From Mytilus edulis (taxonomy: Eukaryota), in assembly GCF_963676685.1 (NCBI RefSeq), contig NC_092353.1, positions 76,508,001 to 76,572,000 on the forward strand: DNA of 64,000 bases, in the 5' to 3' direction. Positions within the stretch are counted from its first letter, which is position 1. Every line of letters starts with the position of its first letter. Under the pieces are notes generated by a model. That model did not search any database. It saw only the letters and a list, made by a program, of their open reading frames with translations, and was not told where the DNA came from. Both the position numbers and the translations under genes were made by a program. Shown piece after piece: positions 1-13,309 of the stretch.

Positions 1-254
1 TATATTATGTCATATAACAATGAATATAATAAAAATGTATGCAGCGTAAGATTCTTTGAATAAAGTTAGACAATATTTTTAGAATTTTGTTAAAAGGAAA
101 ATCCTGTTCTACGTATACCATTGTCTTTATTCCGGATTAAAAGGAAAACAAACAAATAGAGGGGTGACAATAATTACTTTAGAAGTAAAAATTCATGAAT
201 TGTATTTTTTGTAACTTTTTTGATCTTGTAAATTGACCGATAATATTCAAACTC

Positions 255-490
255 TTAGATAGAAAATAAACTGACAACGCCATGGCTTAAAACGAAAAAG
301 ACAAAAAGACAAATAATAGTACACAAGACACAAGATGGAAAACTAAAGACTAAGCAACACGAACCTCCCCAAAAACTGGGGTTGATTTGAGGTTCTCCGA
401 AAGGTTAAACAGATCCTGCTCCACATGTGGCACCCGTCCTGTTGCTCATGTTATTATGCACCCGGTAAATGGGTCACATTCGTGAAAGGG
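255..490 (-). repeat. Dispersed interspersed repeat (retroelement 3'-end-like)
   Basis: Reverse complement reads ...GTGGAGCAGGATCTGTTTAACCTTTCGGAGAACC...GTTCGTGTTGCTTAGTCTTTAGTTTT...; homologous + strand copies at ~31640-31850 and ~50835-50970, degraded copy at ~36240-36440. Confidence 0.6.
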
Positions 491-1022
491 GAAGAGGATT
501 TTTTGTCTTACATGTATATGTTAAGGGACATTTCGTCAAAATTAGTTTAGAGCTCAAGCGTTTACTTTGCCCATGATATTTTTGTGACAAAAAAAACCCA
601 CTTCTTCACATAATCACATTTTAAAAAAATGGCCAGTTTATAGTTTTCCCCCATAACCGTATAACCCATGAATGGCAAACCATTTTAAGTATATACTCTC
701 AACATTTAGTTCTGCAAATTTAAGAATTTCTTTGCTGCGTATCATGATGCGAATTACTTAAGAAGTATTATTTTGAGACAGTATGTATACACAACATCTT
801 GAAATTATAACTCGCGACAATTGTTGCTTAAAAACATCACAACGAGCCTGTTCCCCGGGGGCTAGGCAGCCATTTGTGTCATTTAAAAATAAAACTGAAA
901 CCCAAATAAAACTATCAGAAACATATATCAGTTGACAAATCAATTTCACATCATGAAGGAGCAAAAGGGTAACAAAACAATAAAAATCTGTAAAACAGTC
1001 GATTGAATTTGAGACCATATTA

Positions 1023-1262
1023 GGGACGACATCAAAAGTTCAATGAAGGATAAAAAACTTAATTCACATAGTTTTTTCACTGACCCCCCCCCCCCCCCAC
1101 CCCCCCCTCTTAACTTAATTTGGAAAAAATTGATTGACCAATAGGGATATATGTAAAATCGATTTCAGATTAACAAAACTTGCATCAATGTTGACCCCCC
1201 CCACCCCCAAACTATTTGATTTAAGTTTTTTTTATCCTACATCGATCTTTTGATGTCGTCCC
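1023..1262. mobile_element. MITE with ~55-bp terminal inverted repeats
   Basis: Left GGGACGACATCAAAAGTTCAATGAAGGATAAAAAACTTAA matches reverse complement of right TTAAGTTTTTTTTATCCTACATCGATCTTTTGATGTCGTCCC; flanked by TA (TTA/TAA); non-coding. Confidence 0.8.
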
Positions 1263-3974
1263 TAACATACATACTTATATCGACATAGTTAATAAAAGGG
1301 AGAGTTCAATTCAAGTCAAAATGACATTGTATTTTCTTGATACGCTCGTACTATGTAATCAAACTCGATCAATATTTTACTTTATTACAAACAATACATG
1401 TATCAAATTTCGTTTTGTGTTCAATAATTAACACCGTACGTCAAACCTCATTGTGCAGATTGTGTTTACTTTCTACTTCTTGTTTACAAAATAAATGGGT
1501 TTATCTTACTAGGCCATTACAGCGGTATGATTTCAAAAACAATGAAGTTCATTTGTACTGTTTATTAATTTTGTGCGAATTAACTGTAACAATTAGATTG
1601 AGGTATTTCAAATACAACCCTACAGCCTAACTAAATATGAATTTGAAATACAAAAAATTGCTTTAATAAACATATAACCGAGACATTAAAATATGTAAAA
1701 CTATAATAATATCAATTGACAGAACTAGGATTATTTTTGTTTTACCTCTTAATTATTTTTCAAAACATATACCGGTATTAGGTATAATTCACTACGTAAA
1801 CAATCTATTGTTTCAAGGATGGCAGTATTTTTTGTTCGCTACTCTGTTTCAAAACAACAAGTTTTATACAGACTGCCATAAATTGAAAGTATATGAATAA
1901 CAGAACTGAAAAAGCGGAAAAAACATATTAAATAGTCACTCACTTACTCGATTCCTAACAGTTACCGTAAGTAACACTTCTAAAACCACAGTTATCTTCC
2001 CTTGTGTATTTCTCCACTTATTTGGGTAATCTATTCTTTACAATTTCTTTTAGTAAAACTTGAGATACCAGAAGATTATCTTGTTTGGTATATTTATCGT
2101 ATTATCCTTTGATTATTCTTATGAAAATTGCAGTAATCTCACACTTCCTTAAAGTCCCTTGTACTTTGTAGATGACAAAGAATAATTACAATCATTCAGT
2201 TTTAAGTGGAGGAACATAGATTTAATCCTAATTAGAACTATTGAAAGTGTCTTGTTTAAAATCTGTAAAATGTATATATAATAATTCTTAAGACGATGAT
2301 GCTGATAATAGCTTAATGTAACGAGCAGTAAGAGACAGAACTATTCAATTGTCTATTTACTTCTCATGTTTTTTTAAGAATCGTCTGTGGTTCGAAACTA
2401 TCGTGTAGAAATCGACTTGCTATACTATGATCTATAGTAGATACTTTTTGTGTCAATTGATCTCTTGTGGAGAGTTGTCTCATTGGCAATGAAACCACAT
2501 CTTCTTTTTTTATATTTGTTTAAGTACGAACAGATAAATCGAATGCAACAAATGCTTCTCATACTTTTAACAATTTGGTATTCTTATTGGACCATCTAAA
2601 GCACCAATAAAATATACGGTCTGAACTAAATAGCTCAGAACTTTCAAAGTCGTTGTTTTACAGATATTTGTAAATATAAATGAATTCAAAATTTTTTGTT
2701 CCTTCTTTTATTTTTTTGTTCTGAGATTTTATTGATAAAATGTTTCCAATTAAACAGCAGAGTGTGCATAGAAATCTAAACTCACAGCTTAAATGCGTCT
2801 TTTTTTCTATTTTAAGTTTTTTTTATTATTGTGTATGCTTTCTACATGAATCCCAAAGCTGATTGTTGTATATAACAATGTCCCCGAGTTTCGAGCGAGA
2901 GTAAAATCCTTAACAAGTGATCATGACTGTGTTAGTTTGGTTGTACGGAATGTCGATTCAAAAGCTTTTCGGTTTTTATCGTATGTTATTTGTAAATTAT
3001 GCACATCAGCTATATAGACTTGTACTTCGAGTAGTACAACGCTTATTGTTCGTTGAATCACCCTGGCGACAACTCTTTGGGGTCAATAGCTGGATTGTTG
3101 CAAGGGAAAATTTGGACCCCTTTCCGACTTATATTATTTTCAATTGGCAGTCCGAAATTATAACCTTTTACCCTCATGTTGAATTGTTCTCGTCGTTAAT
3201 ATGCAAGAAATATATGCCACTGGACGTTAAACAAACGACTATCAGTCATTCCATCTATTTATACATGTAACAATTTGATTAAGGAGCTGTGCATCTGTTA
3301 TTATACTCTCTAAGTAAATACAAGATTAGTTTACCGTTCAAGATAAATTGAGAAAGATTAAGTGTTGCTGATACAAGTTGATATACTTAATTATAAGTAC
3401 AGTGGCCGAAAAAAGCAGAAATTCAGTTATCTAGTAATAAGAATTATCGCGCGTTCTATTAAACGAAAAACAAATCAAATTTCTCTTGTTTTTGGCATTC
3501 AATTAATGAAACACATGAAGTTTTACATAAAATACAAAATGTCAATTTGCCTACCTTTATTCGAAGACTTTTTCACCTCAAATGCCGTCTGTCACACCTG
3601 TATTTTTGATTTTAATCAACTTTTTCATGTAATCTCTGTTGATTTGACTGGCATTCATACAAACCAATCTAACTGCACGTCAATTCGTTTCGTAAATATA
3701 GATGTATTGTGTAATGGAATACCTGATAATCCAATATACACAATAACATCAAAAGGATAACACGTCAAAAGTCAGGTCCAGTCCGGGGTGACTTGAAATT
3801 TATGTCGATCGGTAAAATGGTTTTGTATTTACTAACGTCACATCACACGCCTGTTGTGAATGAAATAGGAATTAGCGAAAAGAGGATAAATTGTTCAGTT
3901 GTAAATTGAGTTTATTTCGTATGAACTATTCTACATTAAACAGTTTCCTCAATAGAAAATGGTATTTAATCTAC

Positions 3975-4102
3975 TTGAAGCCCACCTTTGGTGCGGGATT
4001 TTCTCGCTGTATTGAAGAACAATTGGTGCATGGTGTTGGGCTGTTTTCTGTCTTTTGTCGGGTTTTTGTCTCTTTGATACATTCCTCATTTCCATTCTCA
4101 AT
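3975..4102 (+). repeat. SINE-like repeat fragment
   Basis: Homologous to 5071-5240 (GGTGCGGGA...GTCGGGTT..TGTCTCTTTGA.ACATTCC.CATTTCCATTCTCAATT); reverse fragments at ~31960-32020 and ~51095-51190. Confidence 0.55.
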
Positions 4103-4139
4103 TATATGTACTCGAAATTGCGTTGAAAGTGTTTGAAGC

Positions 4140-5292
4140 CTTGATCCATCAATTAGAAACCCAATACTGATGGATTTAGTCGAGGATTATGCCAGACAAT
4201 GGTTTAAAAGCATGCGACAGAAGACGAAGATACTCTTTCCAAATGGATTAAGGACGTCGTTGATACAAATCAGAATTAAAAATGAATGGGTATATCAACA
4301 TGGATCATTAGATACATAAACTTCATAAGTGTCCCTCCACAACGGTATTTTGAGGGATCTTTAAAATGCACCTCTTTCTATTTTTTCTAATTTTTTTTTT
4401 TATTTATTTACATCAATATTATTAGCAATTTAAGCCAATCTTCACACTTATTGTGAAACTGTCTATTCTATTCTAGAAATGGCGTAAATCTTTTTTATCT
4501 TTCAATAGTATTAAAACATTTGCAATTGACCTTTCTACACTTTACACAAGTATCCCCGTTTCAAACTAAAAGACAAATTGAAAGAGTTGGTATTGCTTTG
4601 TTAAATAGAAAAACATGGCCAAAATATCTTGTCCTATGGAGGAATAAATCCTATTTTGTAAAAAAAAAAAAAACCACTCTGATTCAAACAAAAAAATCTC
4701 TTAAACTGACATTATCAAGATGCTGGATTTCTTGCTTGACAGCATATTTGTCACGTTTGGAGGGTGTGTTTTTCAACAAACTATCGACATTCCGATGGGA
4801 ACCAACTGCGCACTCTTCTTGCCGACTTGTTCCCCTATTTTAATGAGGCTGACTTTAAACAGGAACTTCTTCAGAAGAAAGAAAATAAAAGTTAGCAGAA
4901 TTGCCGCTATATATTGATGATATTCTCTCACTAAACATTTAAAAATTTGGTGACTGTGTTAACGCATCTATCCCATCAAACTAAAGATAAAGGATTCAAC
5001 AGATACAGTCAGCCTCATGTCTTCACTTGCATCTAGAAATTGATAATCATGCGGAGGGTCGGCTAAAAACGGCGTCCATTATCACTGTACTAGTATATAT
5101 ATTTGTTTATGGGCCAGCTGAAGGACGCCTACGGGTGCGGGAGTTTCATTGAAAACCTACTGGTGACCTTCTGCTGTTGTCTGTTTTATGGTCGGGTTGT
5201 TGTCTCTTTGACACTTTCCCCATTTCCATTCTCAATTTTAAAACTTTACAACAAAACAGATGATTTCAGCTTCCCAATTTTAAACTTTCTAT
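4140..5292 (+). mobile_element. Degenerate Penelope-like retroelement reverse transcriptase fragment
   Basis: Frameshifted RT motifs: MLDFLLDSIFVTFGGCVFQQTIDIPMGTNCA (GxPMG motif), CGCTATATATTGATGAT near 4906-4922 (disrupted R-Y-I-D-D), LHLEID, KLYNKTDDFSFPI; interrupted by a SINE-like insert. Confidence 0.65.
5071..5240 (+). repeat. SINE-like element inserted into the RT relic
   Basis: Splits the RT reading (GRLKT|KLY.K.DDF); homologous to 3975-4102. Confidence 0.6.
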
Positions 5293-6040
5293 TGAGTTGT
5301 ATTTATCTTTAGAGGGGTCTGCTCCAGTCATGCTTCAGTGATTCCATATATAATTAACTAAATGTTCCCACAAAAAGGGGGAAACTAGATCGGCCTATGC
5401 ATTTGTATGGCCATTATCCATTTCTCTTAATAACAGTATAATAACTATCATTGTCTGTACGTTATACTAGCGCCTGTTTTGCTTGTTTCTTTTGTTCGCA
5501 TAAATCAATATGTAGTGCTGCATATTTTGCCATGGCGGGGAGATTTAATACTTACTACATTGTATATAGTTTTTTTTTTTTTTTATTGTTGAAGGTCAAA
5601 CGGTGACCTTAAGTTATTAACGTCTCGAATAGAGAATTGTCTCCAGTACAATAAAATAACGTCCTTCGTTTTCTATACACAAAAAATCATGGAAAAACTT
5701 TTTTTATAGAAAAAAATAAATATATATACATGTATAATACAGAAAAGTTGTATTTTATAATTATCAATTAACAATTAAAGTTAAGATATGTAAAAGAAAT
5801 GACACAAAGAGTCTTAAATTCAACACTTTTTATGGCCGAAGTCAAAATTATTAGTCATCAGTTGTAAAATCAATTATTAGAATACTAGTATCAAGCGATA
5901 GAAGAATTTTATTCATGTCTAATATAGCCCTCATTTAACAATAGGCCGTAAGGATGCACTTAGGTGAGTTTTTGGAATTTGTGTCAAATGTTCGGACTCC
6001 TTGTACATCCTTAAGCCACTAATATAACTGTGAATACACA

Positions 6041-7749
6041 TTATGTAATCTTGAACTGACGGATTTGTCCTGTGGAACTTACAACATTCAGTTTGTTAGT
6101 ATGCAAATAAACTCCAAATGATTCAGTTATTCCTCCATTTGCATTGAGTAATTTTCTGCTATTTTTACCATCTGCCGAGATCAACACAACACAAATGTTT
6201 CCATTCGAAATCACGTATATGATGCCGTGTTGATCAACAGCTATTCCAGAAGGACAACTCAGAATTGATTCGTCCTTGAATTCCCAACGTTTCTCTCCCC
6301 TTTTACTGTAGCATTTGAGTGTAGAACCATAATCAGTATAGTAAATGTTCTCTCCCGAGGTTGTAATATAACTCCAATCAGTCGCTATGGTGTTATCTTC
6401 TATCATAGTTCTTACTTTATTGTTTGATACGTTTATCGCTTGGATCCCTTTTCCTTTCTTACAGTAGAATAGCTGCCCATGTCTGTAAGTTAGACCTCGA
6501 CATATGCCTGTTTTAATTGTATTGGTTACTTGTTTGTTCTCCGTGTCTACAAGAACTAGTTTTTTGCTATATATCGTTGTAACAGTTACTGTTTTGTCAT
6601 CAATGCATGTCACATCAAATGGAAGTAGAGGCGAGAGAGGTATTTCACAGTCTAAAGTTCCATCGTTATGTACGATCACTAATCTATCATTATAACAGTC
6701 CGCAAGTATCATCCTTCCATCAGGAAAGACAGATAATCCTGTTATACATGTACTGTATTTTCCTGCTAGAACACTGAATTCTCCTATCAATGAAGCAGTA
6801 ATATCATCAATCGATTTACTACGGGGTGGAACAGCCGTAAACATTTGAGCCTGTTTCTCAGGACCGACGCCAATGACGATTGGTGATTTACTTTTTTCAA
6901 TTTTTATTGATCCAAAGCCAGTAATGTTTGATAGTATGTCTATAATCTTATCGTCTATCTGGCATTTCAAACCCAATTGGCTAAATCCGTCGTCTTTTGA
7001 TAGTTTTTTTACGTATTTTAACTCCTCAGCGACGTCCTTTTCTAACATTTTACTACCAATGAAAACCTGCAGGTCAGATCCGTGTTGTTTGACGGACATG
7101 AGATTTGTCTTCAAAATCTCAATCTCGTACTTTTTTTCGGAAGTGTAGCTTATTAAGAAGGGTTTCAATTTTGAGTTTGAGTTGTGTTTCAGTTGAATTC
7201 AAGTTGTCTATCATGTGTTTCTCTAATTCATCTAAGCGGGAGTTTAATTTTTCTTTTGTGTCTTTTATATTATTCATGCTTTTTAGATGCTGTTGCTTTA
7301 TTTCATGAAGATTGTCTTCTCGGTCCTTTACTACGCTTTCAATGTTTTCCTGAATGTTTTTCAGTGACTTCTCCAAACTGTCAAATAAAGTGCAAGTTCT
7401 AGAAGACTTGATGGCTTCGTCAATAGGGAACATTCCGTTGCATTCTTTGTGGTTTTCGGATATGCAAATTAGACAGCAAAGTTGATCATGACGTGGGCAA
7501 AACATCTGAAACGTCCTGTCATGCTCTGTACAATTCCGTTCAACTTTACAGATCTCGGCCGAAAGTTTCTTGTAGTTGTCCATAGAAAGGATCCCATGCT
7601 GTCTGGAAGCTTTTTACATGCTGTGGTAATTTATACATGTCGTGCAAAAACCTTCATCACATTCAGGACACCAGTAATCAGCAACGTGTGAAACATAGCT
7701 GAGCAACACAGATACCACACAGTATAACATCTACATCTGAGGCAGCCTT
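6041..7749 (-). pseudogene. TRIM-like B-box/coiled-coil/NHL pseudogene (G1, type A)
   Basis: ORFs 7119-7583 and 6041-7168 are collinear with the intact paralogs; start ATG mutated to AAG (7747-7749), +1 at ~7697, 4-nt insertion at ~7142-7145; no upstream promoter/mini-exon module found. Confidence 0.9.
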
Positions 7750-8155
7750 CTGAAAAAAGTAATGAATATGTTAAACAGATATTAAAAAATGTAATCAGCA
7801 TAATGGTGGTCATGTGTCTATGCATTTATCATTGCATTTAAATTATACGAAAACTTCGAAACGGCGCCATTAAATGTAATACAAAAGGTGTTCTCAGAAA
7901 TTCTTAAACCCCAAAAAACAGGTTGTTTTCCCAAATTAAATGCAGATAGTGTTTGAACGATATAAGATTCAGTACATTGTACAACTTCTAAAATAATTCT
8001 ATTTAAATCTTACAAAAAATATCCTTCTCTTATCTCTTTTATTTGTCTTACGATAGTTAGTATTTATACAAAACACTATCACGCGTATTCAAATGTAACA
8101 TTACGTCGTGAAAAGTGTTAACCAATCATTTTAATATCTCTCCACAATTTAAGTT

Positions 8156-8420
8156 AAACAAGAATGTTTCAATAGTACATGGATGCCTTACTCGCACTAT
8201 TATTGTCTATGTTCAGTGGACTGTAAAATTGGGATCGAAACGCATTCAAATTAGAAAGATCATATCATAGGGAACATGTGTACTACGTTTCAAGTTCAAT
8301 GGACTTAAACTTCATCAAAAACTACCTTGACGAAAACTGTAACTTGAAGCGGGACTGACAGACTAATGAACGAATGAACGGACGAACGGACGCACAGACC
8401 GATTTACATAATGCCCATAA
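8156..8420 (+). repeat. Bivalve Pearl/HINE-like non-autonomous repeat
   Basis: Starts AAACAAGAATG, has a (GGAC/GAAC)n tract near its 3' end and ends CATAATGCCC; second copy at the paralogous position 40172-40445. Confidence 0.6.
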
Positions 8421-8619
8421 AGACACAAAGAAGATTAAAAAGTCAAACAATTGATTGAAACTTCAATATCAATTTTAACACAAAAAAGACCATGATGTTC
8501 GTATCATACGTACAAAACACTTCTCATTCTATTTACAAACTACCATTGATTTTCTTGTTATTTCAGATGATGGGTTAGGAAGTTCCCCAGCTATCATGTT
8601 TATACAGATCAAACATATG

Positions 8620-8740
8620 CATGGGCTTTGCTCATTGTTGAAGGCTGTACTGTGACCTATAGTTGTTAATTTCTGTGTCATTTGATCTGTTGTGGAGAGT
8701 TGTCTCATAGGCAATCAAGGCACATCTTCTTTTTTATATT
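8620..8740 (+). repeat. SINE-like repeat (…GGAGAGTTGTCTCATTGGCAATCATACCACATCTTC-polyT family)
   Basis: Same core at ~2450-2515, 22560-22765 (opposite orientation), 30400-30500, 40505-40600, 47587-47820 and 48960-49045. Confidence 0.7.
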
Positions 8741-9772
8741 ATAAGAAGAAACATTTTATAGCGAGAGTAGCTGGTTTTTGAAACTACAATCCAACGCAAT
8801 GACTGCACTCTATCATTGAACGGGTTTTCGCTTTTATGCATTTTAAAAATCAATTATCTGAGTTTGAGAAACGTGAATTTATAGTAAGTAGTAATGTCTT
8901 ATATATTCACATACAGTAATTTTCGTGTCTGCCCTTCCATTATGTGACTCAAGAAAAATATCCAAAAATGGGTAACAATTGTATCGAAAAGGGATAATCA
9001 AGTGCACCTTTTTATGTTAGGGCGTGTTTGAGGTGTATATTTTGTCTTTAAAACGTATAAAACAAGAGTATTTGATATATCATTACGCTTCAGATTCTAT
9101 CATTTTTATATATCAAAGATGCAGGTTGACTTTATAACATAAATGCATCACAGTACGAAAAGATGAAATATATGGGTCAAGTGAAATACCTATCTAATGA
9201 ATCACCAAAACATCGAAGGTGTGTTCGAATAGCTATTTGTTTTACTGAAAGTACTTGACGACAGTCTTTTAAGTTGGATGATGAAAATGCATATCTTCGA
9301 AAAGATATATTTTTTTGTTTGTGATAACTAGGGTTTATAATCTTCAACCACTGAAAATTTTTATTCTGCCCTTCCACGAAAACTTTAATTTAATTAGCTT
9401 TCAATCATAAAGTTTTGAATGCCTTATAGAATTCAGACAAGAATTTATAAATTGTAAAACAAACACATAATAAGTTGTCTCTGTTCATTATTGTAATCGA
9501 AGTTATCAATGAACACTTTAACCTAGAATGACCAATTAAGCGAGGATTTTGACAATTCAAAACTTTTTCAATGAATTCCTTCTTTTTTGTTTTGTTTTAT
9601 TATTGATCAAAACAAGGATGATATATGATCTCCTAAATCAAAAAATTAGACACGAATTACGTATCTAATTTTTGTTGTTGTAATCAGCGATCCACGAATT
9701 TACGTATAACACGAAACGTCTTTTTTCTCTATCCACGAAAATTGATACCCACGAAAATAAATGAATCCACAG

Positions 9773-9858
9773 TACAATACAATACAATACAATACAATAC
9801 AATACAATACAATACAATACAATACAATACAATACAATACAATACAATACAATACAAT
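9773..9858. repeat. (TACAA)n pentanucleotide microsatellite
   Basis: About 17 perfect units, abutting a MITE-like end (…CCACGAAAATAAATGAATCCACAGTA). Confidence 0.95.
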
Positions 9859-10395
9859 ATTTTTTTATTTTTCAAATTAAAGAGCATAAAATTAATTACA
9901 ACATGACATAAACATTACAGAGTGATTACAAAAACATAATACAATAATTTAAATGCATGAGGAAAGGATCAGTGGTCAAGAGGAGATAATTTTGATATCT
10001 TTTAGAGTATTGAAATTAACTAATTTTCTGATTTTCTAAGTTGCAGGCCTTTATCGAGGTATGCACATAAAATAGACAAAAAGTACAATGTTTTCCATTT
10101 CTACGATTGTGAAAATGAACTGGCGTATAGGGGAGATAATTTTGACGAAGTAGAATCCTGACTGAAGTATCAAACATTCAACATATTTTATTTTTTATCG
10201 TGATATTATTAGCCGGGTACCCAGTAAGTAAGACACACAGTGCGAATTTTATTCAAATGAACTCCTTTAGATTAAATTACAATAGAATAATGAATATTGT
10301 TCCTGTTGTATCTAGAACTTTAAGTAGGAACTCGCAAGCACATATAGAAATGTCGTCTCTTAGCCGTGTATGATGTTTTGTGTTACATCCCTATA

Positions 10396-10664
10396 TTACC
10401 AATGTTATTTCAACCGATCGGGAGAAGATTACCTTTTACTTTGCATAAGAACAGTCTATTTGAAGGTGTGTGTGATAAGGATGATTGCCGTTATAAATAT
10501 CATTGATTTCTAATCACCCATCAATGTCACCAAACGAATTTATAATGACCATAACTGGACACTTCATTGATGAGTTTATCCACAAACACCTATCAGTAAA
10601 TGGACTTGTCAATGATTAGCGAACCGTTTAGACTCCGTCCAGTCAAGTGAAATCAATCAAGTAA
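10396..10664. mobile_element. 269-bp insertion with TA target duplication
   Basis: Paralogous flank at ~44728 reads CCCTATACACCAAG (empty site); here CCCTATA[TTACC...AGTAA]TACACCAAG; weak terminal inverted repeat. Confidence 0.6.
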
Positions 10665-11007
10665 TACACCAAGTCAAGAAGATGAGAAAAGAAAAATATA
10701 TATATGTCTAACTCGGACTGGGGTAATGCAATCATATGGTTTTGCTTTGAAGTCTCGGTAGTATTAAATGGAATGCCGAATAGTTAACGATATACATTTA
10801 CAGAATTTTCTCTTTTCTTTTTATTTCTTGAGAATTTTTTTCTATGCTATGTACCCAATCCACTCCCTCATATACGTCAATTAGACAGCATATACTGCAT
10901 GTACTAATAACGTCATCATATAAATTGAAACTAGATGGAATTAGAAAAAATATTAATGTAAATTTGTTTTCTATAACATTTTAACAGGTAACCTGATAGT
11001 CAAAGTT

Positions 11008-12708
11008 TTAGGCAATGTCAAATTTGAGAAGATGTCCGGAGTAAGATACAACACACAGTTTGTTAATATGAAAATACATTCCGTATGATTTCGTAATTCC
11101 ATCTTTTTCGGTAAGTAATGTTCTGCTATTTTTTCCATCTGACGATATCAACATGACTTTTTCGTTGCTTTTCGAAATCACGTAAACGATACCGTGTTGA
11201 TCAACAGCTATTCCACCTACACCATTCATAATTGATTCGTTCTTGTATACCCTTTTTTCTCCCTTTACACTGTAGCATTTGACTGTAGAACCATCAGTGT
11301 AGTAAAGGTTCTCGTCTGAGGTCGTTATGTAACAAAATTCTTCCTGTATGGTGCAATCCTCCACTAGTGTACATCCTTTATAGTTTGACAGTTGGATCCC
11401 TACGATACCTTTCCCCTTTTCACAGAATAAAATCTGTCCTTGTCTGTATGTAATACCTCGACTAGCGCCTGTGTTGATTGTTTTTGTAACTTGTTTGGTC
11501 TTTGTGTCTATAATTTGTATTTTTGTGCCGTTACAAATTGTAACAGCTACCGTTTTGTCATCAATACATGTAACATCAAATGGACAAAAAAGCAAGAGAG
11601 GTATTTCAGAATCTAAACTGCCATCACTTTGTACGATTATTAATCTCCTATTATAATAACAGTCCGCAAATATGATCCTTCCATCAGGAAAGACTGATGA
11701 CCCTGTTATACACATATTGGATTGTCCTGCTGGAACTTTGATATCTCCAATCAACGAAGCAGTTATACAATCAATCGATCTACTACGGGGTGGAACAGCC
11801 GTGAAAATCTGAGCTTGCATTTCATGACCGACACCAATGACGATTGGCGATTGACTTTTTTCAATTGTTATTGATCCGAATGCAGTGAATTTGGACAATA
11901 TGTCTGTAATCTTATCGTCTATATGACATTTCAAACCTAATTGGCTAAATCCATCATCTTCCGATAGGTTTTGTATGCATTTTAACTCATCGGTGACGTC
12001 CTTTTCTAACATTTTACTGCCAATGAAAGCTTGCAGATCGGATCCATGTTGTTTGACGGACATGAGATTTGTCTTCAAAAGCTCAATTGTTGTCAATTTT
12101 GTGGATAAATTATCAAGGAGGGTTTCAATTTTAAGTTTCAGTTGTGTTTCAGTTGAAATCAAATCGTCTATTATGTTTTTCTCTAATTCATCTAAGCGGG
12201 AATTTACCTTTCGTCTTGTGTCTTTTATATCATTTAAGCTTTTTAAATGATGTTGCTTTATTTCATCAAGATTGGCTTTCCGGTCCTTTACTACCATTTC
12301 AATATTTTCCTGAATATCTTTAAGAGACTTCTCCAAACTGTCGAACAAGGTGGAAGATCTTGATGACTTTATGACGTCGTCAATTAAGAACATTCCAGTG
12401 CATTCTTTGTGGTTTTCAGACACGCACATTATACAGCAAAGTTGGTCATGACGTGGACAAAACATTTGGAGTTTCTTGTTGTGTTCTGTACAATTCTGTT
12501 CAATTTTACAAATCTCAGCCGGAAGTTTCTTATAGTCGTCGATAGAAATTATCCCATGTTGTCTGGAAGCTTTTGACAAGCTGTGATAATTTTTGCAAGT
12601 CGTGCACAGTCCTTCTTCGCATTCAGGACACCAGTAATTGGCAACGTTTGAAACATGCTGACCATCACAGATTCCACACAGCATAACATCTACATTAGAG
12701 GCAGCCAT
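11008..12708 (-). CDS. RING-less TRIM-like protein, 2 B-boxes + coiled coil + NHL-type beta-propeller, 566 aa (G2, type B)
   Basis: Uninterrupted ORF; B-box1 CGIC..CPEC..CTTC..H..H, B-box2 CTEH..CPRH..CCIMC..H; heptad-rich middle; repeats such as PFDVT..D, GIAVDQHGIVYV; TAG acceptor directly before ATG. Confidence 0.92.
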   Translation of the reverse strand: MAASNVDVMLCGICDGQHVSNVANYWCPECEEGLCTTCKNYHSLSKASRQHGIISIDDYKKLPAEICKIEQNCTEHNKKLQMFCPRHDQLCCIMCVSENHKECTGMFLIDDVIKSSRSSTLFDSLEKSLKDIQENIEMVVKDRKANLDEIKQHHLKSLNDIKDTRRKVNSRLDELEKNIIDDLISTETQLKLKIETLLDNLSTKLTTIELLKTNLMSVKQHGSDLQAFIGSKMLEKDVTDELKCIQNLSEDDGFSQLGLKCHIDDKITDILSKFTAFGSITIEKSQSPIVIGVGHEMQAQIFTAVPPRSRSIDCITASLIGDIKVPAGQSNMCITGSSVFPDGRIIFADCYYNRRLIIVQSDGSLDSEIPLLLFCPFDVTCIDDKTVAVTICNGTKIQIIDTKTKQVTKTINTGASRGITYRQGQILFCEKGKGIVGIQLSNYKGCTLVEDCTIQEEFCYITTSDENLYYTDGSTVKCYSVKGEKRVYKNESIMNGVGGIAVDQHGIVYVISKSNEKVMLISSDGKNSRTLLTEKDGITKSYGMYFHINKLCVVSYSGHLLKFDIA

Positions 12709-13309
12709 CTAGAATACAGACGATAAATTCTTAAAATAAATACATCTGAAAAATTAATGAATATGTTCAACAGATATTGAAACATGTACACAGCATAATA
12801 TATGGTGCAAATGTTTGTAATGTTAAATTATTGTGTGACAAATAAGTGAAAGATTCAAAACGGTGCCATTAAAAGTAGTTCAGAAGGTGTTCTCGGAAAT
12901 TCATCAACACACAAACACAGGTAGTTTTCCCAAATTAAATGCAGACAGTGCTGAAACTGATTGCAGATTACAACTTCTTAAACAATTCTGGTCAAATCTA
13001 ACAAAAATCAATCGCTCATCGCTTTTATTTTGCTATCGTAAGCAAAATAAAAGCGATGAGCGATTGATTTTTGAATGTGTCTTTTATGTTCTTTAAGATC
13101 ATCCAATTTTATTTTGTGTATTTTGTGTTAAAATTGATATTGAAGATTCAACCAATTGTTTGATTGGTTTAGTTAACACTTTTCACGATGCAATGTGACA
13201 ATTTTCAGACGCGTGATAGTGTTAAATATTCATACTTAACACTATCACGTGTCTGAAAATTGTCACATTTTAACACAAAATACACAAAATAATCTTTTAT
13301 GTTCTTTAT

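Noticed and set aside
1900-3900. Possible first exons or promoter of a gene left of the window (donor-like sites near 1945 and 3553; ORFs 2917-3270 and 3362-3760)
   Set aside because: No homology to the array's promoter modules, and the ORFs have no recognisable protein features; unsupported without transcripts
9665-9847. ORF with (YCIVL)n repeats
   Set aside because: Translation of the (TACAA)n microsatellite
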